Source: an uncultured bacterium
GTDB lineage: Bacteria; B130-G9
DNA length: 20,000 bases
Direction: 5' to 3'
Assembly: GCA_965372715.1 (NCBI GenBank)
Contig: CBDVDH010000001.1
Coordinates: 107,717-127,716, forward strand
Positions 9,831-17,078 of the stretch are shown here, one piece after another. Every line of letters begins with the position of its first letter. Position 1 is the first letter of the stretch. The notes under the pieces were generated by a model, which was given only the letters and a program-made list of their open reading frames with translations, did no database searches and was not told the origin of the DNA. A program made the position numbers and the translations under genes.

Positions 9831-9895
9831 GAAAGATGTGATGCGAGAAATGAATCCCTAGCTCAATTGGGCGTAGCTTCCGCCAGTCCGCCTCT

Positions 9896-9956
9896 GGAAA
9901 GATGAAGGATGAAATATGAAGGATGAATCGTCCATTAGAGCCGCAATCCGAAATCG
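9896..9956. repeat. Heptamer tandem repeat and trailer repeat copy 2
   Basis: GATGAAG GATGAAA TATGAAG GATGAA. 9918-9941 matches 8474-8497 at 22/24. Confidence 0.75.
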
Positions 9957-9972
9957 ATGATCGCTGACCCGC

Positions 9973-10185
9973 TCAGCGCGCCAAAGGAACCGTTTCGAAC
10001 AGGAGTCTTCGGGCATCCGCGGCGGGCGCCCGCTTGGACAGATGTAACATCTCAATGCCAACGACGCGGCCGTCTGCTCCATAATCCAGAATAACGCCGG
10101 GCGATACTTCCTCCGATTCCGCTGCCTGGGCATCCGACAAGGTCAGATACAGGGCGTCCGCCTCTTCATCGATCCTTAGTATCAT
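9973..10185 (-). CDS. DUF2283 family protein (putative antitoxin)
   Basis: DEEADALYLTL...ESEEVSPGVILDYGADGRVVGIEML signature. The start overlaps the upstream stop (ATGA). Confidence 0.88.
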   Translation of the reverse strand: MILRIDEEADALYLTLSDAQAAESEEVSPGVILDYGADGRVVGIEMLHLSKRAPAADARRLLFETVPLAR

Positions 10186-10432
10186 TTCAGTTTCTTCTTT
10201 CCTCGGTCGAAGTACGCTGTCACCACGCTCGGTTCAGCGCCCTTCATATTAACTACGACACGAAGGACTCTGCCGCCGAAATCCGCAACACGCAACAGAC
10301 GATGCTCCAGGTCCGAATCAAGCCGGTCTGGCTCCTTGTCTTCGGGAGAAACAAGAGCCTCCTCCACCCATTCTAGCGCATTCCCCTTTTGACAATAGCC
10401 TCTCGAGCGTGCTCAGGCAGGACGTATTTCAC
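10182..10432 (-). pseudogene. DUF4258 family putative toxin, frameshifted
   Basis: GTG 10432 gives MKYVLPEHAREAIVKRGMR*. Restoring one base near 10380 gives ...KRGxALEWVEEALVSPED...GRVLRVVVN..VVTAYFDR, a full DUF4258-like protein. Confidence 0.78.
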
Positions 10433-10498
10433 TTATCCTTCATCCTTTCTGCAAGGCTAAATTATGAGGGCTGAAGAGTGAATCATCAATCAGAGCGC
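10433..10498. repeat. Inter-module junction: inverted heptamer copy and trailer repeat copy 3
   Basis: ATCCTTCATCCTT at about 10435-10447. GAAGAGTGAATCATCAATCAGAGC (10473-10496) matches 8474-8497 at 19/24. Confidence 0.65.
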
Positions 10499-10539
10499 CC
10501 TTCACTTTTGCGCAAAGCTCCGTCATTGCCGCACCTCGT

Positions 10540-10938
10540 TCAGCCCTGCCTAGCCTTTGCTTGGACTTGGCTTATCAGCTTGAGCGCCTTGTCCAAATCT
10601 GCCTTGATCTCCTCGTGCTCATATTCGGCAGGAGGCCCGGGCGGATAACGCCCATCAATGTAATAGCGAGACGCTTTCTCGCAAAGCTCTAGAAAATCGC
10701 CGAAGTCATCATCGAAGCTCGCGATGTGATTGAGAAGCGCGTCAAGTTCGTGCGTCTTTGGCGGCTTCCTGCCATGAAGAACGAGGTAGCCTTTCAGATA
10801 CTTCTCGATCGCCTGCTGAATGTGATACACAATAGAATCTGTGTGACCGCGCTGCTCGTAGATTAACTGCGCCGTTTCTATGTCGTGCTGACCTCTTTCG
10901 AACCACTCCTCGGCTTGTCTCTCGAAGGCCTCATCCAT
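10540..10938 (-). CDS. HEPN domain protein
   Basis: HIQQAIEKYLKGYL..PPKTHELDALL..YIDGRYP. The start overlaps the end of the MNT gene. Confidence 0.9.
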   Translation of the reverse strand: MDEAFERQAEEWFERGQHDIETAQLIYEQRGHTDSIVYHIQQAIEKYLKGYLVLHGRKPPKTHELDALLNHIASFDDDFGDFLELCEKASRYYIDGRYPPGPPAEYEHEEIKADLDKALKLISQVQAKARQG

Positions 10939-11260
10939 AGAGCAGCTCTCCCCTCTCAAGTATCTCTTCGACGAAGAAATCCCTCATCGCAATTCTGTTT
11001 TCGATCTCTTTCTCAGTGTAAACAAGGGGAGACACCGACAGCCGCCGGACGCGGTCCCGGACAAGCCTTTTCACCTCAAGCCATCTCTCAATGGGCCTCT
11101 TCTCCGTGTCCTTGATGATCAGGAGGTCAACGTCGCTATCCTCGTTTGGCTCGCCGTAAGCATAGGAACCGAAAAGAATCACCTTCTTGGGCCCATATCC
11201 CTCGACTACCCTCTGAACGATCTCAAGGATTACCTCTCTCAGTCTTCCATCGACTATCAC
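10931..11260 (-). CDS. Minimal nucleotidyltransferase (MNT), HEPN partner
   Basis: VILFGSYAYGEPNEDSDVDLLII (GS..DxD) and C-terminal EILERGELLYG. Confidence 0.92.
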   Translation of the reverse strand: MIVDGRLREVILEIVQRVVEGYGPKKVILFGSYAYGEPNEDSDVDLLIIKDTEKRPIERWLEVKRLVRDRVRRLSVSPLVYTEKEIENRIAMRDFFVEEILERGELLYG

Positions 11261-11314
11261 ACTGGTACCTCCAACAGCTTCGTCGTATCGTTCCCAGATA
11301 TGTCAACCACCTTG
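11257..11314 (-). repeat. Second copy of the methyltransferase 3' tail (58-bp direct repeat)
   Basis: 50/58 identical to 13099-13156. Encodes KVVDISGNDTTKLLEVPV*. Confidence 0.88.
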
Positions 11315-13102
11315 TTCTGGAAGCCGGAGGAAGGCCTGCACAATGTCAAGCATCTCATGTCTTTCCGCCCCGTTGTCCATGTATTTGTCCCGTTCAAGAA
11401 GCTGATCCGCGGTCATTAGGCCGATCGCGTTAATCACTTCCTTGTTGAACTTCTTGAGATCTGTGAAATCGCCGCAATCGGGGGAGGGATCTCGGCAGAC
11501 TCGCTTCACGGCGTCCGGATGCAAGTAATTCTCGATCTCCCTTTTCTTTGTTATGAAGAAAACCCCACCCTCAGCTTTGCAGCTGGCCTCCCAGTTGCGT
11601 TTTTTCTGGTCAATGGGCTGGTCTGGGCTTTCTTTGTCGCTGTCGATTAAGACTCCGTACCGCACACTGAGGTTACGGAGTGCTTTACGCGCAACCCAAT
11701 GCTGCAGAGAATCCTTTCCACCGAGCGGGATCAGGCCAATTCTTGCCTCATCCAATGTTCTATCTATTCGTCCGGCGTTCTTTAAGAGCTTGGAGGCCCG
11801 GGTAAGAAACTTAACGTCACCCTCGCCCTCGACGAACACGCACGCTCTATAGCCGATTATCCGGTCGCACGGCTCGACACCCAGCTCGCGAGCTAGCTCT
11901 ACGAGATCAAGGGCGGTGCCCTGCAAGATTTCGCCGACTCCATCTTGTCTGCGTACCAAGACCAGGTTTTGCTGGTCCGTGGAGCCCGCAAATACCGGCG
12001 AGTGAGACGAGATGAGGACTTGGCCCTCGCGGGCGATTTCGGCAAAGGAACTCAGCAGCACGCGCTGGGCGCCTGGGTGTAGATAAGTCTCTGGTTCCTC
12101 TACAGCGAAGATCCGGCCGTGGATTTCAAGGCCCTCGCTTCTTCGCTGAGCAAGATACTGAAAATACGCAACCATGAGGAGCCGTCGTAGTCCGGATCCC
12201 CTTTTGCCGAAAGCAATTGCCTGACCTTGTGCGTCGGTGCATTCAATGCGGAACTTCACGAGATCTTTCCAGCTAAATGAGGGGTCTGGCCTCATGGAGG
12301 CCACCTCATCCGTATGCTCCTTGAGAAGAGAGTGAATCTTCTGGACCTCGTTGTCTATCCGCTCGGTAAGGCCGCGCTCGATCAAGTCCCTCCCCTCAAT
12401 GTCGTGCACAGCCGTTTCGACGACTTCTTTGAACTTGCTCTGGAATGTCGTCTCCTCCTCACTCAGCCGGTAATCAGCAGGGAATAGTGTGAACTGCGGC
12501 AGGTAGGGGCCGATCCTGTTGAGAACTCTTTCCACCTTCTCAAGCTGCCTGCGGGATTTCTGAATTCCTCGTTTGTTTGCCACCTCGCGCAGGACCTCTC
12601 GTTTGTCCTTGTTGGTGATGGCTCTCCCAGACTTCTTGAAATCGAGATGGTATGTCTGGCCGCGCTTGTTCAACTCGGGCTCCTTCAGGGAGCAGAGGTT
12701 GGAGAATTGATCATCCTCGAAGTCCTGAGCGATGATGGACTCCGCCGGTTTCTTCGTCTTCTTGCTTAGGCTATCCGGGGTGAAGGTCTTCCTTATCGTG
12801 AGTAGTCCCTCTTCGTCTAGCAGGTTTTCTGAGGAGAGTGTCGTTGGCACCCCATCCTCGAGTTCCAGTGCCTCCGGAAGGTCAGAAAAAGACACCTCAA
12901 TCGACAATGCACATCCTTGGCCGGCTCCCTTTGTTAGATCCTCCTGGTCCGGAGAGCCATTGAAGAAAATCTCCAGAGCATGAAGGATGCTGGACTTGCC
13001 CGAGTCGTTCTTGCCAACCAGTGTGGTAATATCCCCTACCCTTATCTCCGTTCTCTCTGCAAAGCACCTAAACCCCTCCAACGCGATCTTGGCGATTCTC
13101 AT
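11303..13102 (-). CDS. OLD-family ATP-dependent endonuclease (ABC ATPase + TOPRIM; GajA-like)
   Basis: Walker A GKNDSGKS, RGSGLRR, Walker B/D-loop AVEEPETYLHP, H-loop SSHSP, TOPRIM FVEGEGD...DSD and KREIENYL. GGAGGT RBS precedes ATG 13102. Confidence 0.87.
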   Translation of the reverse strand: MRIAKIALEGFRCFAERTEIRVGDITTLVGKNDSGKSSILHALEIFFNGSPDQEDLTKGAGQGCALSIEVSFSDLPEALELEDGVPTTLSSENLLDEEGLLTIRKTFTPDSLSKKTKKPAESIIAQDFEDDQFSNLCSLKEPELNKRGQTYHLDFKKSGRAITNKDKREVLREVANKRGIQKSRRQLEKVERVLNRIGPYLPQFTLFPADYRLSEEETTFQSKFKEVVETAVHDIEGRDLIERGLTERIDNEVQKIHSLLKEHTDEVASMRPDPSFSWKDLVKFRIECTDAQGQAIAFGKRGSGLRRLLMVAYFQYLAQRRSEGLEIHGRIFAVEEPETYLHPGAQRVLLSSFAEIAREGQVLISSHSPVFAGSTDQQNLVLVRRQDGVGEILQGTALDLVELARELGVEPCDRIIGYRACVFVEGEGDVKFLTRASKLLKNAGRIDRTLDEARIGLIPLGGKDSLQHWVARKALRNLSVRYGVLIDSDKESPDQPIDQKKRNWEASCKAEGGVFFITKKREIENYLHPDAVKRVCRDPSPDCGDFTDLKKFNKEVINAIGLMTADQLLERDKYMDNGAERHEMLDIVQAFLRLPEQGG

Positions 13103-13449
13103 ACTGTCACCTCCCAAAGCTTCGTCGTATCGTTGCCGAATATGTCAACCACCTTGACCAGAATCTTGTACCAGCCAGGCTCTTCGTAAGTATGCGACGC
13201 GCTTGTCTGAAGCTTCGGCTGTTTGCGCGTCCTGAAGGACTGCCAGCCGTTGCGGAAACGCCCTTGTTTTTTGTCGTCGCGGGCGCTGTGCGTGAAGAGC
13301 TCTCGCTGCGCCTTCTCGCGGTCGGCCTTCGATTCGTTGACGCTCTCGACGACCTGAAAGGGCAGTATCGTCCTGTCAACCTTCCTGAGCTCGCCGTTCT
13401 CGTCATACTTGCCCTTCCAGACAAGCTCCGTCCTCTCAACGCCTTTCAT
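13099..13449 (-). pseudogene. Internally deleted type III-like site-specific DNA methyltransferase remnant (116 aa, in frame)
   Basis: N-terminus TELVWKGKYDENG...LPFQVVESVNES is fused to C-terminus WQSFRTRK..L...HTYEEPGWYKILVKVVDIFGNDTTK. Both ends are characteristic of these methylases, and no DPPY/F or FxGxG motif remains. Confidence 0.75.
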
Positions 13450-13457
13450 TGCTCGCG

Positions 13458-13625
13458 ATCCTCCAATCTCCAGTCTCCAGACCGTAGTCTTCAGCCTCCA
13501 GCAAGTGCAGAGCATTGGAACACAGGTTTGGCGATGGATCAAGGCTTGTCGGCGTCTCGGAGTGTGCCTGAGGGAAGGTCATTCGCCGTCCCTACAAGAG
13601 CAGACGCGGGGGTCTGCCCCTACAA
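13458..13625. repeat. Leader repeat copy A: heptamer run, 55-bp conserved block and two GTAG-type REP palindromes
   Basis: 13501-13555 matches 14238-14292 at 46/55. 13584-13625 matches 14310-14351 at 39/42. AGTCTCC-like heptamers at 13458-13499. Confidence 0.85.
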
Positions 13626-13719
13626 TATCACAGTTCGGCCTCCACAAGTGAGGGACATCTGCTAATGTGCATATCGTTAGTGTCAGGCCGGACCTTGGCT
13701 TTAGCCGTGGCATGTCCCC

Positions 13720-13950
13720 TCACAATAGATCGCGAAACTCTTCAGCATTCAGCCCCATATCCTCCAAGATGCCTGCCAAGGTCTTGCGCTTGATGGTCTT
13801 TCCTACAAGCATGGGCACCACTATCCTGGCCCGGTCTCTCTCCCGGTAGTAAACGGCGTGGCTTCCTTTCTGACGGTCAAAGACGAATCCCACCTTTAAG
13901 GCTGCCCTGACCACTTCCCTGCCTGTCACGATAGGGAGCTTAGGACTCAA
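13720..13950 (-). CDS. hicA: HicA family toxin
   Basis: LPIVTGREVVRA..KVGF..DRQKGSH...IVVP....IKRKTLAGIL. The TTG start overlaps the hicB stop. Confidence 0.9.
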   Translation of the reverse strand: MSPKLPIVTGREVVRAALKVGFVFDRQKGSHAVYYRERDRARIVVPMLVGKTIKRKTLAGILEDMGLNAEEFRDLL

Positions 13951-14174
13951 AGGGCGACCTCTACTGGCTTGATGAAGATGTCCTCCACTGGCAGGGACTC
14001 GCCACGTGCGCGAAGACTCTCCAGGTACGCCTCAATCGCCTCCCTGACATTGGCGAGGGCCTCGTCCAGTGTGTCGCCCTGCGTGTGGCAACCTTTCAGG
14101 GTAGGGCAGAACGCGTGGTAGCCGCCCTCCTGTTCCCGCTCCAAAATAACCGTAAAATGATGCGTCTCCATCAT
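13947..14174 (-). CDS. hicB: HicB family antitoxin (short, no DNA-binding domain)
   Basis: VILEREQEGGYHAFCPTLKGCHTQGDTLDEALANVREAIEAYLE, with AGGAG/GGGAG RBS. Confidence 0.92.
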   Translation of the reverse strand: MMETHHFTVILEREQEGGYHAFCPTLKGCHTQGDTLDEALANVREAIEAYLESLRARGESLPVEDIFIKPVEVAL

Positions 14175-14201
14175 CTCCCTATCTCCTTAATCCGCAATCG
14201 G

Positions 14202-14351
14202 TCATCCTTCATCCTTCATCTTTCCGCCTTCATCCTTGCAGGTGCGAGGCATTGGAACACAGATTTGCGGCTGAATCAAGGCTTGTCGGCGTGTGCAGGG
14301 CGGGGCAAGCGCCGCCCCTACAAGGGCAGACACGGGGGTCTGCCCCTACAA
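14202..14351. repeat. Leader repeat copy B, including the right inverted repeat of the island (14215-14234) and two REPs
   Basis: TCATCCT heptamers, the conserved 55-bp block, and REPs at 14297-14322 and 14324-14350 (GTAGGGGC-stem on the minus strand). Confidence 0.85.
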
Positions 14352-14403
14352 CTTCGTCTTTGGCCCGTAGGGGAATCTGGCGTTAAGCGTCAACTGCTTA
14401 TGA

Positions 14404-14435
14404 AAGCGGGGACCCGGTGTGGCGGGTCCCGGCTT
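14404..14435. terminator. GC-rich stem-loop between the divergent blocks (possible terminator or attenuator)
   Basis: AAGC-G-GGGACCCG / GTGTGG loop / CGGGTCCC-G-GCTT, with only weak U-tracts. Confidence 0.35.
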
Positions 14436-14489
14436 GTGTCGAGAAACAGAGCGATAACGCAAAACGGAATCGAGGGCGAGGTGAGTCAG

Positions 14490-15893
14490 GTGGCGCAATC
14501 AGAGCTTGGGGTGCTTCAGAATGGGGGCGAATCGGGCGGGCGAGGGTCGAGCGGGACGGTTGTTTCGGGGGCGAGGCTGTCCAACTTGACGGAGGTCGCA
14601 AGCTTCAGGCGCTGGTATAACAACCGGGACGTTCGCATTCCGCTCTACGAGAGCATGACGGCGGCTCAGCTGTCGCTCAGGCTTCCTATCTCAATCGGTA
14701 TTCCCAGGCAGATAATTGACAACTCAGCTGATGCGTTGTTCGGCGACGGTCGTTTCACAGGTGTTCGAATGGTTGGCCCCGACGACGCGGAGAGCGCCCG
14801 GCTTCAGGCGCTGTGGGATAGGGTGTTCAGCGACAATTCCATGCGACAGCGGCTCCTGACCGACGCCATCGACACTAGCATCTGCGGCGGGATATTCTAC
14901 TCCATCAGTTACTGCCCGGCAGGCCCAAGCGTGTTCAAGGTGCAGTCCATTAGCTACGATCAGCTGTGGGACGTCGAGTTGGACGAGCTCGATACCGAGA
15001 AAGTGGTGGCCTACATCTTTCAGTGGGAGCAGCTCGAACGAGACTCGGGGGACGACCAGACGAGGCGCTGGTATCGCGTCGAGATAGACGCGGATAGGAT
15101 CGTGAGGATGCGCGCCGCTCGTCCACACACAGCAGGCAACGACGGCGAGGGGGTCGAGTTCGAGGTGACGAGCGTCTCGGAGCACAATCTCGGAATAATC
15201 CCGGTCGCACACGTCGCCAACTCCATCCAGCGGATGCGGACGGTCGGCGATTCGGACATCGCTCCTCTCGTCCCAATGCTTGACGCGCTCAATCAAATGA
15301 TGTCGGACGCCTATTGGCAGTGCTACAACGACCAGTCGATACTCAAGGCGATCAACATCGCGGCGCCGGACACTGATGACCTGGAAGAATCGGCCATTCG
15401 CCTCGGGGGAGACCAAATCCATTTCCTGACCCAGAACGAGCAGCTGAACCAGGACATCGTGCGGATGAAGCCAGTCGGCATTCCCGAGAGCTTTTTCAGG
15501 ACGATTGATCTCCTCGTGGGCCAGATTTACAGGACTGCGGGTGAGTCTCATCTTGACCCGCTCAAGTGGACGGGGACCAACATCTCAGGCGTCGCGCTTC
15601 GGTTGCTTTATGAGCCGCTGGCCAAGAAAACGTATCGAAAGCGTATTTACTGGGCGTCGGGACTCGAGCGGCTCGCCAAGATCATATTCGCCTACGCTAA
15701 CTCCAAATCGGTCGTGTTGTCGGAGTCTGGCGGCTTCGTGCTTGGTGGCCCCCAATACCAACTGGACGATATTGAAGTCCTCTGGGGTTCCCTGATGCCT
15801 GGCGATGAGGTCGAAGAGCAAAAGCTGGTTCTGGACGACCTTTCGGCCGGCCTGATCGGTGTGGATGAGGCCAGGCGCAACCGGGGACTATAG
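14490..15893 (+). CDS. Phage portal protein (SPP1 gp6-like)
   Basis: IIDNSADALFG, HNLGIIPVAHVAN...GDSDIAPLVPMLDALN, NISGVALRLLYEPL..K and IEVLWGSLMPGDE motifs. GAGGTG RBS precedes GTG 14490 (about 467 aa); start is approximate. Confidence 0.82.
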   Translation: MAQSELGVLQNGGESGGRGSSGTVVSGARLSNLTEVASFRRWYNNRDVRIPLYESMTAAQLSLRLPISIGIPRQIIDNSADALFGDGRFTGVRMVGPDDAESARLQALWDRVFSDNSMRQRLLTDAIDTSICGGIFYSISYCPAGPSVFKVQSISYDQLWDVELDELDTEKVVAYIFQWEQLERDSGDDQTRRWYRVEIDADRIVRMRAARPHTAGNDGEGVEFEVTSVSEHNLGIIPVAHVANSIQRMRTVGDSDIAPLVPMLDALNQMMSDAYWQCYNDQSILKAINIAAPDTDDLEESAIRLGGDQIHFLTQNEQLNQDIVRMKPVGIPESFFRTIDLLVGQIYRTAGESHLDPLKWTGTNISGVALRLLYEPLAKKTYRKRIYWASGLERLAKIIFAYANSKSVVLSESGGFVLGGPQYQLDDIEVLWGSLMPGDEVEEQKLVLDDLSAGLIGVDEARRNRGL

Positions 15894-15899
15894 AAGTCG

Positions 15900-15965
15900 T
15901 TCGAAGTTCAAGGTTGAAAGTTCAAGGTTGAGGGTCGGCTGTAGGGGCGATTCACGAATCGCCCT
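15900..15965. repeat. Heptamer run and GTAG-type REP
   Basis: TTCGAAG TTCAAGG TTGAAAG TTCAAGG TTGAGGG, then GTAGGGGCGATTC-AC-GAATCGCCC at 15941-15964. Confidence 0.8.
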
Positions 15966-16022
15966 TAGATTGAAAGGGGCGGATAGACGCCTGGAACGCA
16001 TTGAAAAACAAGGGAGGTTTGG

Positions 16023-16520
16023 ATGGCAGATCAGGAAACAGTCGAGGAGAGAGTGGAAGCAGGCGCTGAGGTTGAGGCGGCTGCCGAGGAATCTGAGCTG
16101 AATAGGGAAGAGGTTGAGCCCGGCCCTTCCGACGATAGGGCGGAGCTTCTGCGGCGAGCGGTGTTCGCTGAGGAGGCGCTGGAGCTCTCGCGTTATATTG
16201 GGGACAGGAACCTCTTGCAGCGGCTTCGTAGTGTGATTGCTGGCCAGACGGAGGTTGAGCTCAAGCAGAAGCTTTCAGTCTTGAAGGATGTTCTGGCGCA
16301 TATCAAGGAATCTCAGGGCGGCGACCGGCCCACCCAGGAGAGTTTCAAAGAGATGGTCGCAAGCGAGGTTCAGCGGAATCTCGATCAACTCAATAATGCC
16401 GCGGAGACGGTCGATGCGGCGGTCGGCCAGATGCCAGGCGGCAGCAGCCTGGCCGTGAAGGATAGCGCCGCATCGCGGCTGAGGCGCCTGGCTAGGGTGA
16501 GAGGCATCCTCATCAAGTAG
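16023..16520 (+). CDS. Putative capsid scaffolding protein
   Basis: Acidic N-terminus, helical body and basic C-terminus. Lies between portal and capsid genes. GGGAGG RBS. Confidence 0.5.
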   Translation: MADQETVEERVEAGAEVEAAAEESELNREEVEPGPSDDRAELLRRAVFAEEALELSRYIGDRNLLQRLRSVIAGQTEVELKQKLSVLKDVLAHIKESQGGDRPTQESFKEMVASEVQRNLDQLNNAAETVDAAVGQMPGGSSLAVKDSAASRLRRLARVRGILIK

Positions 16521-16562
16521 TTCCAAGTTTCGAGTTTGAAGTTCCAAGTTTCAGGTTCAAGG
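16521..16562. repeat. Six-unit heptamer tandem repeat
   Basis: TTCCAAG TTTCGAG TTTGAAG TTCCAAG TTTCAGG TTCAAGG immediately after the stop codon. Confidence 0.8.
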
Positions 16563-16593
16563 CATGAAAGCAATATAGGAGGAGGAAGAGAAG

Positions 16594-17016
16594 ATGGCGT
16601 GGAAGAACAAGGACGCTCGGGGCAGCTGGGAGGCGGTAGCGAGCGTTGACGTTGAAGAGAATGAACTGATGCACATCACCACTGACGGCAAGACTGTGCT
16701 TGCCGACGCCTCAAGCGCCGTTGCGCGGGAGGCGCACGGTTTCGCTGCGCTTCGTGGTTACGAGGCTAGCGAGCGCGCGACGCTCGTGCGCAGTGGGAAG
16801 ATAGCGGGGATAACCGACGACGCTGGCGACCCGTTGACGACCGGGTCGATCTATTATCTGAGCGAGACGCCCGGCAAGATCACGGCCACCAAGCCGACCG
16901 CGGACGGCGACGTGATTCAGGTTGTAGGCGTTGCTGCGGGACCCAACGAGCTCAATATCTCGATTGGGCCGGCGTTTGTGGTCGCAAGTTCAGGAACCTT
17001 TCTACGGGCTCTCTAA
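16594..17016 (+). CDS. Capsid decoration/cement-like protein (DUF2190-like)
   Basis: LADAS...AHGFA...LTTGSIYYLSETPGKITATKP..GDVIQVVGVA pattern. Strong RBS, directly before the major capsid gene. Confidence 0.65.
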   Translation: MAWKNKDARGSWEAVASVDVEENELMHITTDGKTVLADASSAVAREAHGFAALRGYEASERATLVRSGKIAGITDDAGDPLTTGSIYYLSETPGKITATKPTADGDVIQVVGVAAGPNELNISIGPAFVVASSGTFLRAL

Positions 17017-17078
17017 TCGACGCCCGTAGTAACCCACTGAACGACACCAGGTAACACAAAGCATGGAAGGGGAATACA

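Noticed and set aside
9858-10133. 91-aa minus-strand ORF
   Set aside because: An alternative frame of DUF2283 that runs into heptamer repeats.
11303-13102. Complete Gabija system
   Set aside because: No GajB/UvrD helicase in the window.
13450-13542. Upstream extension of the methylase remnant ORF
   Set aside because: It translates leader and heptamer repeats. GGAGG precedes ATG 13449.
14254-14270. Sigma54 promoter TGGAACACAGATTTGC facing the portal
   Set aside because: GG-to-GC spacing is 11 rather than 10 nt, and it is not conserved in copy A.
8464-14351. Classical integron/CALIN cassette array
   Set aside because: No intI, and no convincing attC (RYYYAAC...GTTRRRY with a paired stem) after the genes. 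The closest candidate near 13660-13684 is too short and off consensus.
14085-14489. N-terminal 135 aa of the 602-aa portal ORF call
   Set aside because: It runs antisense over hicB and through heptamer/REP repeats. The RBS supports a start near 14490.
8474-16562. CRISPR array from the recurring repeats
   Set aside because: The repeats are not regularly spaced with 30-40 nt spacers, and there are no cas genes.
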